Assembly: GCF_964204645.1 (NCBI RefSeq)
Contig: NC_134025.1
Coordinates: 9,610,001-9,674,000, forward strand
Origin: Tubulanus polymorphus
Taxonomy: Eukaryota; Animalia; Nemertea
Direction of reading: 5' to 3'
DNA length: 64,000 nucleotides
A program made the translations under genes and the position numbers. The number at the start of each line of letters is the position of its first letter. Position 1 is the stretch's first letter. The notes below the pieces were generated by a model that worked only from the letters and a program-made list of their open reading frames with translations, did no database searches and was not told the DNA's origin. This document shows positions 41,401 to 56,400 of the stretch, one piece after another.

Positions 41401-44400
41401 TAATTTATGTTGAGCATCATCGATATTTGCGCCCAATTCATCATACTCCCTCTGCAACTGGGCAATCTCCTTGCGAAGAAGTTCCTGCTGATGAGGTGGT
41501 AGGGTAGGCATGATCTTTTTCGCTTCTTCAATAACTTTTCCAATTCTGTCTCGCTCATTCGCACAATTCTGCTTGAATTGTTTAAGTTCATTTATTTTGG
41601 CTTGGACAGCATCTTTGTCACCGGACGGTTCACTAAGACGTGTAAGCTGTTGACGAGCTCCTGACATCCAATCCAAGGCATTCTGATAGTCTCGTTTGAA
41701 TTTTTCTTGTTCAGTTATTTCACCATCGAGCGTGTTGATTTTGTCTTTCACCGCCTGAAGGAGGTTACCATAACGGTCATCAACATTTCCGATCTTCTCA
41801 TCAGCTTCAGCTCCTCCTAATTCAGCTAGTTTTTCTTTCAGTTTATCAAGAGGAATTTTGTGGCTCTGTATATCTTGCAGCAAGGCCTAGAATTACATCA
41901 GAATATAGAATTTGATAACACTCATTTCAAGAAAACATTTGTTTTTAACACAAGTACTTCATATTCTTCCTATGGAAGATTAGCATTTGGTCATACCTTA
42001 TATCTATCTAGCTGAGCTTTCTTATCAGCCAAATCTCCTTTCGTCTCCGGGTCCCGTTCAAGTTTATGTTCTAGGTCTCTGAGCCAGGTATCCATTTGTT
42101 CATGGCCACGATCAAATTCTGCCCATTGAGTTGATGCCTGTTCCAGAGTGATCTTATTTTCGCTGAGACCATTTTTGAGTTTTTCATACTCATTCCTTGC
42201 GCCATCAATTTCATCTCTGACCAGCCTTTTGCCAGCTGCATTAGTGCTGGGCATGAGTCGATCTCCGTAGTCATTGGCACGGCGTAACTTACTATGTCCT
42301 TGGTCAAGCGAGGCTTGTAATTCCTGAAAACAGATATAACTATTTTCTCACAGTCATCCCTGATAAATAGCGTGTTGGACAACCCAATTCATTGAGGTCA
42401 GTTACAATACTACAATGCCTTTGATTGAAAATTTAAGCTTCAAAAAAAATTAAAAGAAAGTATTGATTTAAACTGGATATAAAAACTAATACCATTCTGT
42501 AATTCGAAATTCAAAGCAAGAATCTAATTGTGTTTGCAATGCAAAAACCATAAAAATCATTTCAAATTTAAAGAAATAAATTACAACAGACTCCATACTT
42601 GAAATCACTTATAGATCACATAAAGCACCGCTAAAGCAGTCAACTGTATTTCAAAGTCCAGTTTAGGAAAATCATTGATATTTGCTAAAAAATCTGCTAA
42701 CTTACACTACGAAGATTAATTATAGCCTATGAAGAGAACATGTAACAAAACCTAATAATATTTGAAATACACTTGCTATCATAATCATTCAATATACCGG
42801 TAGGCCAAATACATCCAGCCATTTTGATAAGAAAATCACACATACCCTGACATTCTGTAAGTAGGCATCAACATCAGCTTTGGAGCCTTCAGGGGCTTTG
42901 ACTCTTTCCATTTTCTCTTTGACATCGGCCAACCATTCGTCATATTCATCCATAGCATCCCTATAATTCTGGTGATCATTGTATTGTCCTTCGAGTTTCT
43001 TAGCATTTTCCTTGAAAAAATAAACAAACACTGAATGAGTCTGAAGAAAATTCTAAAACACTTAATTTTGTAAAATGATTACACATTTTTTTTTTTCATG
43101 AATATCATTTCTCTTACCAAAGATTTTGACACAAGTCCCTGGTATTTAGTTGTCATCTGAGTGATATTGTGTGAAATACGAGCGTCAGCATTCGTTTCTA
43201 GAAGAGCCTGAGCTTTCTTATTGACATCATCCAACTGTTGCTGGTGAGCGAGTATATCTTTATGCAGTTTCTGATATTTCTCTAGCTGAGCTTCCTTATC
43301 ATTAATGTTTGTTTGCGGTTCGATATCCTTTTTCACTAATTTTCCAGTTTCATCAAGCCATTGATTGAAATCTGCAGCTGCATTTTCATAATCATTCCAG
43401 CAGTCGAGGCAATCTTCCAAATTACCTCTAGCCCCATTCAAACTTTCACTGAAAGTAACAAATGACCAAATCGTAAAAGCATCCGTATTTAACAGTCGGG
43501 TTGCCATAGAACACGTAAAGAAACATTTAACCCTGTAAAGCATACTTGTAATTAGTGAAGTCGTGCTTCATTTGGCCCAGTTCCTGCTGTAATCGACTTT
43601 GACCAGCTGGAGCGGAGTTACGAGCGACAGCATCGCCATCAATCAGAGCTTTAGCCAACTTATCATCTCCATCATCAGCAGCTGCTTGTAACGCCTACAA
43701 ATTCATACAGTTTGTTAGAAAATATATCAAAAATCAGAAAGAAAAATCTGTTTCTTATTTTAACAGAGAAATTTACTTTGATCTTATCTAGTTTCGCGAG
43801 GACAGCATTTTTGTCACCATATACATCTGAACAGGATGCAAGTTTTTCTTGAGCACCCCTCAGCCAAGTATTGAAAGCAATATTTGAATCTTGATACTTT
43901 TGATGGTCTTCGACGGTGTCTTCGTTTTTCTTGACTAAGTCCTAAACAAAATTGAAATAAACTATTGTCACAAAATATTCAATGGGCAAACATGAATACA
44001 TTTACATCTAACTCAAAGTTACAATTTCATCTAAACATGATTGTATTTATCAACTATCGATTCTTAAAATAATAAGACAAGTATGAAATGCATATCAATA
44101 ACGTATATCTGAGACAGAACTGAAAATAAAGAAAAAGATAATCGATACATCAATTATGAGAGAAGAACCATAGCTCTTAATTTGATGAATATATTCTGAT
44201 GGGAAGGTGAGGTTACATTTATATATACAAATAGTAAGCAGGTGCTTAGAAGACTAATTGAAAATAATAACAAACACATAACAAAGGTAAACAAGAAAAG
44301 AATATTTATTTCAAACAACATTCAATGTACACATCTACTCTGAAAAAAATAAATTCGATTATAGCGATTTTTATTTCGTGAATCATGAAACTAATTATAG

Positions 44401-47400
44401 AAATCGTATTTGCTATCTTATCATCAGAATATGACTACGTAAATATAAAGAGTCGCAATTGTCAAATTATTACTCCAGATTTGGTTTCTTAATGTAGTAA
44501 TGAAGTTCATCATGTTATAAGGAAGTAACGAACAGAACAGCACAACAATTTGCTATATGAAAGACAAAACATTTTGTAGTCTATTCAACAAACAAACATA
44601 CAGTAATTCATAAATCAAAGACTAACCAACTCATATATATCAGTAACTCAATATTTTACCTCAACATCCTTCTTGAGAGCATCATATCGAGCTTTTGTTA
44701 TGGATACATCGTCGCCGACATGACTGGCTGGGTTGTTCTGATCAAGATCCTGACTTTTACCATCAAGTGAATCGATCATATGCTGATGTGACATCACATC
44801 CTGATACAAGCCCTGTAAGTTTTTAAAAAAAGAAATAAATCTTAAATTGTGGAACGACATAACAGAAGTTGTTGTTGTAAATGAAAATATTTTGTTTGAC
44901 CATATTCATTTGGTAACTACCGGCACGCTTACCTTGACCTTTTGAAGCTGCACTTTCTTTTCTCCGAGATCAGCTCGAGCCTCGGTTTCCTTGACTTTAT
45001 TAGCCATATCTTTCAACCACTTGTCGACCTGATCTCGCGTGTCATCGAAGTCGGTCCATTTCAGCAGACTAGTTTCGAGAGCTATCTTAGTATCGCTTAT
45101 GTTTGCGGTGAACTCGTCCCAATCACGCTGAAGCGCTTGCAGTTCTTGACGGATAATATCGCGACCTTCTAATGATGTATTAGTCATTGTCTTTTCTCCT
45201 AATGTGTTAGTCGTGTGAATCATACCTTGGCCTTCTTCTTTCAGAACCACAAATTCCTACAATATATCATTGTTTTCTAGATTGCACATATGAAAAATAA
45301 AAAATGACAGCTAGTGGCAAAACGTTACAAACAAGAAAATCAGTGGAATTTAACAAATTTCAGTTTTTCATTATCGCAATTTTCTTAACGATAATCTACC
45401 TGAAGGCTTTCAAGTTGTGCTTGTATGGAGTACCGATCACCTGATGTCTCGGCACAAATGGATAATTTGTCCTCAGTTTCATTGAGCCATTCCAAGCACT
45501 GTGCGTACGATTCTTTATATTGTGAATGGTCCTCGACATTCTGTTCACATTTTTTCAGCAGATCCTTAAAGAACAAGAGTTTTCAAACATCTCATGATAT
45601 TGATACATATTTTGACCAGAAAATTGTTAATTAAAGTTGATATTCAAAACAGAAACCATGAAGTTAATTAAGTTTACCTTGGACAAGCTGACAAGAGCAG
45701 AATATCTGGCATTCAGTTGTGACAATTGAGTAGAAACTTTGGGATCACTGCTGCTATGCAGAATGGACTGTGCTTTTTCACTAAGAGCATCGAACTGTGT
45801 CTGGTGTTCAATAATCTCATTATGTTTCTCCTGAAAAACAACACATTTGCAAACAACATGAATGAATATAACCTACTCTTCAGAAAAATACTGAATTATG
45901 CGGAAAATATGATTTAAAGATGACTTACCGTTTGAGTTTTCAAATAGTCTTTTTTCTCTCTAAGAGTCGTTTTCAGATCAGAGTCAGTTTTCATTGAGGC
46001 TTGCATATCCTTCAACCACTGATTGAGGTCGCCGTAAGTCTCTTCATAATCATTCCACTGATGGACAAGTTTATCGAGATTGACTTGGACCTCATCTATT
46101 GTGTTGTTGAATGTGTCCATATCTTGGCGTAAGGCACGTGTTTCCTCTTGTATGAGATCGCTTCCAGCCGATGAAGTATGTGCCATGACGGCTTCCCCTT
46201 TTTCCAGTGTAGTTTCTACCTTATTTTCACCAGCAGATTTAGCTGATATCAACCCCTATTAATTCAAGATGGGTATTGAATAAGCTCAGGGTTTCAAACG
46301 ATTCACAACTCTCTCTTCATCGAGCAAATGATCTTAAAAATTCATCATACCTCCAATTTTTGCTGCTTTGCTTCGATATTGTGTCGATCACCGCGAGTAT
46401 CGCTGCAATAAACGAGCTTCTCTTTCACAGTACTGACCCATTCAGTTGCGTCCAGGTAAGAATCTCTGTAAGCCTGGTGCTCAAAAACATTTCCATCGCA
46501 ATTACGGACAAGTTCCTGTACAAAATAATAGAAATATGGAAAAGTTGAATCAATTCATTTTGCTTGTGGATGAATAATCCTAATATTTGACTTATCATAT
46601 GATGATAATTTCATAAGGTTTAAGCATTTCAACTTACAGCTGCATCTCGCTGAAGTGTGTCAAAGCGATTATTCAGTTGATTTACTTGAGCCAGGATATT
46701 TGAATCGTTAGTCGCTGTCTGTAACGCCGATGCCTTTTCACCTAGATTGTTCATCGTGGCTTGATGGCTGTTGATGTTCAATTGTAGAATCTTGACTCGT
46801 TCGAGCTGTGCCTTCTTTTCCTGCAACGTCGCCTGCGGCTCCGATTCCGATTTGATATTGGCCTCCATTTCACGCAGCCACTTGTTGAACTGATCGATAC
46901 CCTCATCGTACATGCTCAACTGTGTCAAACAGTTTTCCATTTTCGTCTTGTTCTCATTCATCTGGGTCATATCAGCATCCCAATTATGTTGCACAACCTG
47001 GACATCGCGTCGAAGATTATCACGACCAGACGGAGCTGTGTTCGGCAAGACGACTTGCATATTGTCGGCGGCTGATTGCAACTTACGGAATCCTTCATCT
47101 CGTAAATTTGAAAGTTCCTACAATAACAATTAAAACCTTGACGAATGCAAATATAAAACCTGCACAAATGAATTATGTGATACTTTATTGTAGTGAAGAT
47201 GATGTGCTCACAAAATATTTATTCAAATTGTCTACATTTATACGATATTGTTTATACATTCATGGTATTTCTATAGAAGACACTAAAATATTACCTGCAA
47301 CTGTGTCAAACGAGATTCAACTTCATACCGATCACCATCAACACTGACACAACTACCCAGTCTATTACGGAAATCATCCTGCCACGCTTTACATTCCGTA

Positions 47401-50400
47401 TAAGTTTCCTGATAGTTAACGTGGTCCGTTACATATTGCCCCCACCGTCGAACCAATTCTTTTGCATTGACCACAAGATTTTGGTAACGCGAATTAAGTT
47501 GTTGAGCCTGGCTGGATACGTAGTTATCACCACCGATGCGAACCAGTGCACCTGCTCGATCTGTTAGTTCGTTAAATTCGTGAATGTGTTCGATTATTGT
47601 ATCGTTCAAACCCTACAAATCAGATAAGAATTTGAATATTGTCAGGTCTCAAAAATGGTCAAGAAACTCAATTCTTAATAGAAATTTTGTTTAAAATACC
47701 TGTAATTTTTCTCTTTGAGCTTGTTTCTCCTGGAGAGTAGGTTTCAGTTCAACATCTCTCAGTTTGTGTTCCATATCTTTTAGCCATGATGAACAATGTT
47801 CGTAGCTATCTTCATAACTTTTCCATAATAAGACACACTTCTCTAGGTCAACCTTAGCCTGTAAATCAACATCAATATAGAGGTAATGAATATCTGATTT
47901 TACTGATAATAACTGAAGCAAAAATATGGCCAGATTTCATTTGCCATAGCCATTGAGAGATGAATAGGAATGCCACGTACCTCAGACAGAGAGGTTTTGA
48001 AGGTTTCCCAGTCACTCTTCAAAGAGTCAACCTCCTTCACGATTGGATCAAGACCTTGAGGTGCAGTATTTGGTAGAACATCTTGAGACAAAATGATGAC
48101 ATTGTTCACTTTGGCCTCTCCATCGGTTTTATTATTTGCCAAATCCTGTAAATCGAGCAGGAAAAATATACACTTATTCAGTCTGTTGAAAATAAAGAAA
48201 TTTAAATTCAAACACCAATTACAAAATATCCCAAGATTCTCCATTTTTATAGCCTAATGCCAAAGTAGAAAAGCCTATGTATGCATCAATAAGGCATGAT
48301 TTCTTTAAGATGCCAAGTCTTAAAGGCTGGTATAAGCAGTACTAATGGAACTGCTGCATCACATTCAATCATAAATGTGGTTAGTTAGCAAAGTATAGCA
48401 GTAGAATTGCCTTACGCATACTTCTACCTAAACCTTTTCGGACACGTAACTAAACTACCAAGTTAGTAATTTCATATTGAAAATATGAAGCATTGTGATG
48501 ACAACTGATTTGGACAATGATTGTGGGTAGATACAATGATGATGATTGCACAGACAGTAAAGAAATATGGCTAAAGTCCCTCTGACAAATTTATGTAACT
48601 TACAGGCATTCGCTGTAAAAATAAGAATAAAGTTATACACTATAATATTGTATTGTATCGGTAATCATTCCATATAATTTCTATATTAGAATAGGGATAG
48701 AATATATAATACATTTTGATCAACTACATGGGTAAAAGTATTCAAGATTAACGTGTTAGGGTATCCCTGCTAATAAACCATTAGAATGGATAAGAATAAT
48801 TTTTATGTGCAACAAAACACTAAGAAAAATGTCCCAGAAGTAACTGATTTTACCTGTAGTCTGTCAAGTCTGCTTTGAACTGCATGGCGATCACCAGATA
48901 CATCAGAACACATAGCAAGACGTTCCTTCATTGTTGTAATCCAATCGTGGCATTCCAGTTGAGCATCGTGGTAGTTAACATGACTCTTTACTATTTCTTC
49001 ATACTTTTTGACAAAATCCTGGAAAGGAAAAGAAATGTGTGAATGAATGAACTCTCAACAAATACCAGGCGCTTCGATCAACGTATCGCAATTCTAGCAT
49101 CATTGAATCTTATATGACAAGTTGAATAATACATACTTGAGTGTTTTCACACAGTTTAACATAACGATTGCGTAGCTGTGACAGTTGACTGGACATTCGA
49201 TCATCAGACGTATTTGTGGCTAAGGCTTGCGCCTTCTCCGATACACCATCAATAACGCGTTGATAAGACAGTACATCTTGGTGGAGACTCTAAATAAATA
49301 TATTGAAGCAATGTTATTCAGGGGTGAATTGATAGTCAGTTTTAACATTGGCTACATATACTGAGTCATGATTAGTTTAGCTTACATTCAGATGCAACAT
49401 TTACCTTGTAACTTAGAAGTTGTGCCTTTTTCTGTTCTAGAGTCGCTTTCAGAATGATATCCATTTTTAGCTGGTTATCGATGTTCCTCATCCACTCTTC
49501 AAGCTGCACGTAGCTATCATCAACAGATGTCCACTGAATCAGGCTAGCTTCCAGTTTACGCTGTGACAATGCCAGTTCGTCAAACAAGTTTTCCCAGTCT
49601 TGTTTCAGAGCGCGAAGTTCTTGGCGAATAGTCTCACGACCTTCAGATGCCGTATTTGGATACAGTCTTTCACCGGCTTCGACTGTCTGGTTTAGTTTGG
49701 AAAACCCATTTTCTTTATCACTTAGAAGCTCCTGTAATGTTGAAATTCATATTAATACCGATACTACCCCTCATCTATTGAGCATATATTCTTATTAATC
49801 ATTATATGCACATACCCTAACATGATCTTGTTTGCTTTCCAGTTCAGTACGACTGCCCGCTACTTCCATACATTCTTTAGCACGTTCTTTGGAATTACGC
49901 ATCCAAGCAATGCAGTCAGCATATCTGTCTTTGTATAATTCAGTATCTGCCACATTCTGTTCGCATTTCTTCAAAATTTCCTGAAAGTGAAAAACAGACC
50001 GTACATTATTAATGCTTGTCACAAGCAACAGGAAACTATGTAAAGTAAAGGGTAACATACCTTGACAGTAACTTGTAGTGTCTGGTAACGGGACTGCAGT
50101 TGTGAAACTTGACTAGCAACACGACTTTCTGAGGTGATCTGGGATAGCGCCTGGACTTGGTCATTGAATTCCTCAAAATCTGAATGTCGGCCACGAATTG
50201 ACTGCATGTAGGTCTGAATTAGAAATATTGCATTTTTTAACTTAAGTGATAAAACATTAAAGGCCCATCTTTAATTGATAAATCTGACTGTGATTTTGTT
50301 TGCATTACCAATATTAGAATTATATTTATACATATATCAGTCTCTTTTAGCTAATCAAAATCATTAGTGATTCACTAATTGTAATTAGTTGAAGGGCATA

Positions 50401-53400
50401 GAAGATGTGTAAACAAGGTTTATAGTGTTAGAAAATGCATTTTGCATATATGAATGGAATTACCAGAATTACCCATCATCATCATGTTTATCATCTTCCC
50501 TGGAGTGCATGGTTATGTATCCGGTATACTATTTCATGAACAAAACCACAAAAAAATACTAAACGATGTTGGCAGTTATGTCCCAAAATTGATACACACG
50601 AAGAAATACATATATAGAGGCAAATATAACTCGGAGCCAAAATTGATAAATATGTGTGTTACTATCATTTTCATCATTATGCATATCTAATTGAAAAAAT
50701 GAAAGGATTACAAAAGGAATCAAAGAAGCTGAACGTACATATAGGAGACTATACAATAGAATAATCAAAGAAAACGTACAGGACTATATATAGATAGAAA
50801 AATATTGAGAAAATAAATATATGTGCAAGCAATTATGATGTTATTTGCTGCTTAAATTAAATATTTCTGAGCTTACATCTCCTTTAAAGAACTGTTCAAT
50901 AGTACTGTCAAAGGTAGGTTGAAAGTCAACAACTTCACTGTTAAGTGCCTGTCATGTCACAGAAAAACGAGGGGTGAGCACTCGTTGATAAATTTGTTAC
51001 TCAGTATAGAGTCTGGTATATAAGACTGTGTTCGTAGTCAAAAAGTTCAATTATCTTAAGAAGAGAAATACTGCAATATATTTGATGAGATCCTACCTGG
51101 AATTTCTCAAGCTGCACATGCTTTTCCTCTAGTGTGTTCTTGAGTCCAAAGTCTTTTACTTTCTTTTCCATTTCCTTGATCCAATGAGATAAACGATCAT
51201 AGTTATCATCATATGAACGCCATTGTTGCATGCAGTTATCCAATTTCTTTTGTGTATCAGTCAACGAAGTGTTGTAGTCGTCCCAGTCCTGTTTCAGCGC
51301 TGTGACTTCTTTCGACACGACCTGCCGACCAACCGGAGCAGTATGGACCATCGTCATCTCAGCAATCTGGACACAGTAATCCACTTTCTCCTCGCCATCG
51401 GTACGTCCTTTTGTCAAATCCTTAAAAACAAAATATCAATTATCACAGATATATCTCTCACTGTAATTGGAATCGTAACTTCATATAACATTGGTTATTG
51501 GAAACCGTTTTCTTTCATTCTAATTCAAAAGAGAACATGCCTGCAATCTTTCAATACGGTTCTGAATTGTGTGCTTGTCTCCTGTGACATCGTTGCATAG
51601 ATTGCTACGATCTTTCATTAGGCTCAACCAATCTGTCGCAATCTGATACGTGTCATGGTACTGCTGGTGATTTTGGACATTCTTCTCAGATTTCATGATC
51701 ATATCCTAAAACCGAGGGAAACAACAGTAATATATATATATATATATATATATACCTCGATTAGGTAAAATCATTGATGTTTCAGGGTACTATTGTAAGA
51801 TGCTAAATACATTCAGTAACTGAACCACAGCACATGTTAAAACATACCTTGGCAGATGTTTTCAGACCTTCATATCGCGTTGAAACATCTTTTATGAATT
51901 TGGACAGTTTAGCACTAGGGGCCCCTTGCTGAAGACTTTGCGCTTTCTCGACCGCAGATTCTACGACCCGGTGATGGGAGTTAATGTCTTGCAGTATAGC
52001 CTATATAGAAATAGGAGAAAAGGTCAAAATAACTAGCTATCAGCGACCTTTAGATGATACTTTAAAACAATGTTGAGTCTTACCCTATGAGTGTGAAGCT
52101 GTTCACGTTTCTCAGCAAGTGTGTTCTTTGGTTCCAATTCTGACTGGAGCACATATTCCGTGTCACTGATCCATTTCAACAGTTGCTCTTGGGTCTCTGA
52201 ATAATTCTCAAGCTGATTGAGAAAAGATTCAAATTTTCGTTGAGCATCATTCATACTATTCAACAAATGGTCCCAATCTTCTTTCGCTGTGCGTAGATCC
52301 TGGCGTATTTTATCACGTCCTGGAGAAGCTGTGTCAGGGTAGAGTTTTTCGCCAAATTCAACAGCACTGTTCAATTTACTAAGCCCAATTTCTTTTTCAG
52401 CTTGAAGTCTCTGAAGAATATAATCATATCAATATTTGATTAATCAATATCAATATATTGCAATAACTTTACAATGCGGCAGGATCTTTCTTCAAATTTA
52501 CCTGGACAACTGCCTGTTTTTCTTCAATTGCCTCTTTGTCTCCTGTTGTATCGGCGCAGTCATCCAGCTTCTCTTCAGCTGATGTCAACCAATCAACAAA
52601 GTCATTATGATTAGTTTCATATTGCATGTGCTCTTGAACATGCTGGTCACCTTTTTTGATTTGATCCTACCAAGGTATAAAATAATTTCAGAACATCTGC
52701 CAAGCCAAGTTATATCTTTAAATATATGATTGTAAGTTTTCTGACCTTCATATTAGTTAGGAGTGCTTGGTAACGATTATTCAGTTGGTTAACATAGGTC
52801 TGCAGTCGAGTGTCACTGGTTACTCCCATTAGGGAGGCAGCCTTGTCAGTGAATTTATCAACTACGTCTTGATAGTTGATTATTTCAGTTTGTAAAGCCT
52901 AAAATCAAACCAAAATTACCATTGAACACGTCCGATAATAACTAATGGAATTTGATGTTTCGTTTACGTTGATCTAATTTACCTTCATTTTTTGGCATTG
53001 GTCCTCTTTCTCCTTCAGCGTTGAGACCGGCTCAAACTCTCTGGTTTTGTGCTCCATAGCTTTAATCCATTGTGACAAGGAGTCATAATTTTCTTCATAG
53101 ACCTCCCACAATTCGAGTACCTTTTCAAGACGGTCTCGGGCATCAGTAAGTACATCCAAACACGATGACATTTCCGTCTCCAGGTTAGTTTCATCTTTCT
53201 TCAAGATCTCCCTTCCCTCGGGAGATGTGTTGGGATTGATCTTGGCACTGCAGCGTTTTAGACTCTGCAGTTTTGAATCACTTTCTTCTTTCATGGCGTA
53301 AATATCCTAAAAAAAGAAAACATGAATAAAATGACAAAACATCAACTAAATTCTAATCCAGGCTCCAGTTCAACAGTTCCAAGTTAAGATTTAACTCTGA

Positions 53401-56400
53401 GTTAACTCATTGAAAATGAACTAATTTCAATTCAGAGTTTATTCTAACTCACAATTGTGGAACTGGGTCCAGTGTGTTATACACTCTCTTAAATTCTTAC
53501 CTTGATTCGGTCTAGTCTGATTTGAACAGTGTGTTTATCACCAGAAGTATCACAGCATGCATTTGCACGCTCCAACAGAACATTCAAACATTCCTGACAG
53601 TCTTGCAATGAATCCTGATATGCCTGGTGTTCAGTCACATTTACTTCATATCCATGGTATAATGCTTTCGAGTCATTGCACAGATTTTCATATTGCTTTG
53701 TAATTTTGTTTGCGAGCTCTTTAATTCGCGGGTCCGCAGTTGACTGAGTTAGATTATGAGCTTTATCGGTTAAAGAATCGACGATGTGATGATGTGATAA
53801 AATATCCTGATGAAGTACTTTGTGATTTTGTAGCTGAATTTTCTTTTCGGGCAAAGTCGCCTTCTTTTCTTCATTGACTTTCATCTTTTCAGTTCTTTCC
53901 TGCGCCCATTTATTGAATTGTTCATAGCTTTCATCGTATGAAGACCACTGCTGTACACATACATCCAATTTCCGTTGGTTTTCAGACAGCTGATCACAGA
54001 AAGCATCCCAATTTTCACGAAGTGTGCGCAAATCTTGTCTGATCGTTTCACGGCCAGGAGCAGCTGTATTAGGGTAAAGCCGTTCACCAGCTTCCACTGT
54101 GTTGTGGATTTGATGGATTTCACTGTCTCTCTCGAGAATCAGTTGTTGAAGCTTGCCTTGACGGTTTTCCATGACATTCTTATCACCACTAATCTCTGAA
54201 CAACCTTTCAGTCGTTCTTTCATATTTTCCAGCCAGGTGCAAGTAGTATCGTATGTCTTGTCATAGTTCTCATGCTCAGTACTGTAGTTTTCCCATTTTG
54301 AGATGACATCTTTGATATTGGTCTTAAGTAGATGATAGCGTGTATTAAGTTGGCTGGCATAGGTAACAAGTCTTGTTTCACTACTTCTCAAATTTTCTGC
54401 TTGATCAGCCAAAGCATCAAATTTGACTTGTTTCTGATTAATATTTTCTTGTAAATCCTAAAGCAATGCAAAAATAATTGACATTAAAACATAAATCAGT
54501 TACAAGATGTTATAGCTCAGGTTACCCCGGTAACTAACTTACCATAAATTTGTTGACCTGATTCTTCTTTTCATCTGCTGTAGATTTCAGCTCATAATCT
54601 CTTATTTCTGCTTCCATGTCTCGCATCCAATGACTCAGGAAATTAAAGTTTTCATCATAATCTTCCATACCAGACAGTACCTTATTGACTTGGGCCTTCG
54701 TTTCTACAGTCTCATTGACAAATTCATCAAAGTCTTTCTGCAGCGTGTCCAATTCCTTTCGAACAGCTACTCGTCCCGGTTCTGAGCAAGTAGCAAGCAC
54801 TTTTTCGCCCTTTATACATGCCTCTTCAACCTTGGCCTTACCATCATCGCAGCTATCCAACAGATCCTGAATACGATCTGCTTTATTTTGCAGGGAATGC
54901 TTATCACCAGATGATTCGTGGCAAGTGTCCAAGCGATCTTGACCAGAATGAAGCCAATCGCGAGCATTTTGCAATGAATCTTGGTATGCTTGGTGTTGAC
55001 CAACGGTCTCTTCACATTTTTGCACTTGATCCTGATAAAGATGAAATTGTCATCATGACATCATATTCCAGCAAGAAACAGTAACTAAGAAATCATTTAC
55101 CGTAGTTCAAACCACTTACTTTGCTATTGTCATATAGTTTTTGATATCTTGATTTCAGGTCAGCGATCTTGCCAGCAGCATTTGGAGACGACAAAGTCTG
55201 GGCCTTATCTACGATGCCATCCAACATGTTCTCATGAGCGACAATATCTTGACCCAAATTCTGTAACACAAACATTTCAAGAATACATGTTGAGCCACAT
55301 GATATACTGTTATATATTTCTAATAGTGAATATAATGTAATAGAAAGATGGATTCCTCATTGCAAGAAGATAGTTACATTAATAAGCCCTGGCTAATGAA
55401 TGCATCTATATTTCCTTGATGATTTATCATGTCTTGAAAGAGCCGTGACAATTATCTACATGACAGTATAATGTCCAACCAAAGATCTTTCAAATAAATC
55501 AACAAAATGATGATCTTTGATATTATAAATGAAGAATTCTATAATAAAGAATTCTGTTAATTTGCAAAATGCACAATTCATGGTTAATGCAAAATTTCAC
55601 ACAAACAACTATGTTAATTTTCAATCAAAATAACAAATCATATAGAATTTGAAAATGTGATTGGGTGCAAAAGCAAAATTTGCAGGATCAATTATTAATT
55701 ATTCTTTATGTAATGTAGGATATTACAAATCAATCATATAATTAACTCATACTAGTGATTAACGACCAAACCAACACCATGATTCAAAATCAAGGAATAC
55801 AGCAAGCTCAAAGAGCCACACTAATGTAACTATACCCTGTAGTGAAGGAGTGCAGCTTTCTTCTCTGCCAATGTGGCTTTCGGGTCAAGCACGGTGCTCT
55901 GGCTTTTCTCCATTTCTGCCACCCATTTACTAAGTTGTTCATGTCCTTCGTCGTATGATGTCCACTGCAACAAACAGGAATCAATATCGCGTTGTGCTTC
56001 GTTCAAATCATCCGAATAGTTTTCCCACGCATCCCGCAGGGTACGCAATTCCTGACGAATGATCTCACGACCTTCTGAAGCAGTTCCTGGATACAGCTTT
56101 TCACCTGCTTCTACTGCCGAATTGACGAGAGTCAGACATGCATCTTTATTTGCAACCATTTCCTGAAAAAAGATTTATATAATATATCAAGATCTCATTG
56201 TATACACAATCGATTTATAGAAACTTTTGAATTACTGGATATGTGTGAAGAGTACATTAAGAAAATAAAGATAACATAGAAGATTATTCATTGTGACATT
56301 TTCCAGAAGTGTGCATACCTTGATCAGTTCCATGCGATGCTGCACATCCTCCCGATCACCAGTCGTATCTTTTGTATTACTCAGATAATCTTTCAATGAA

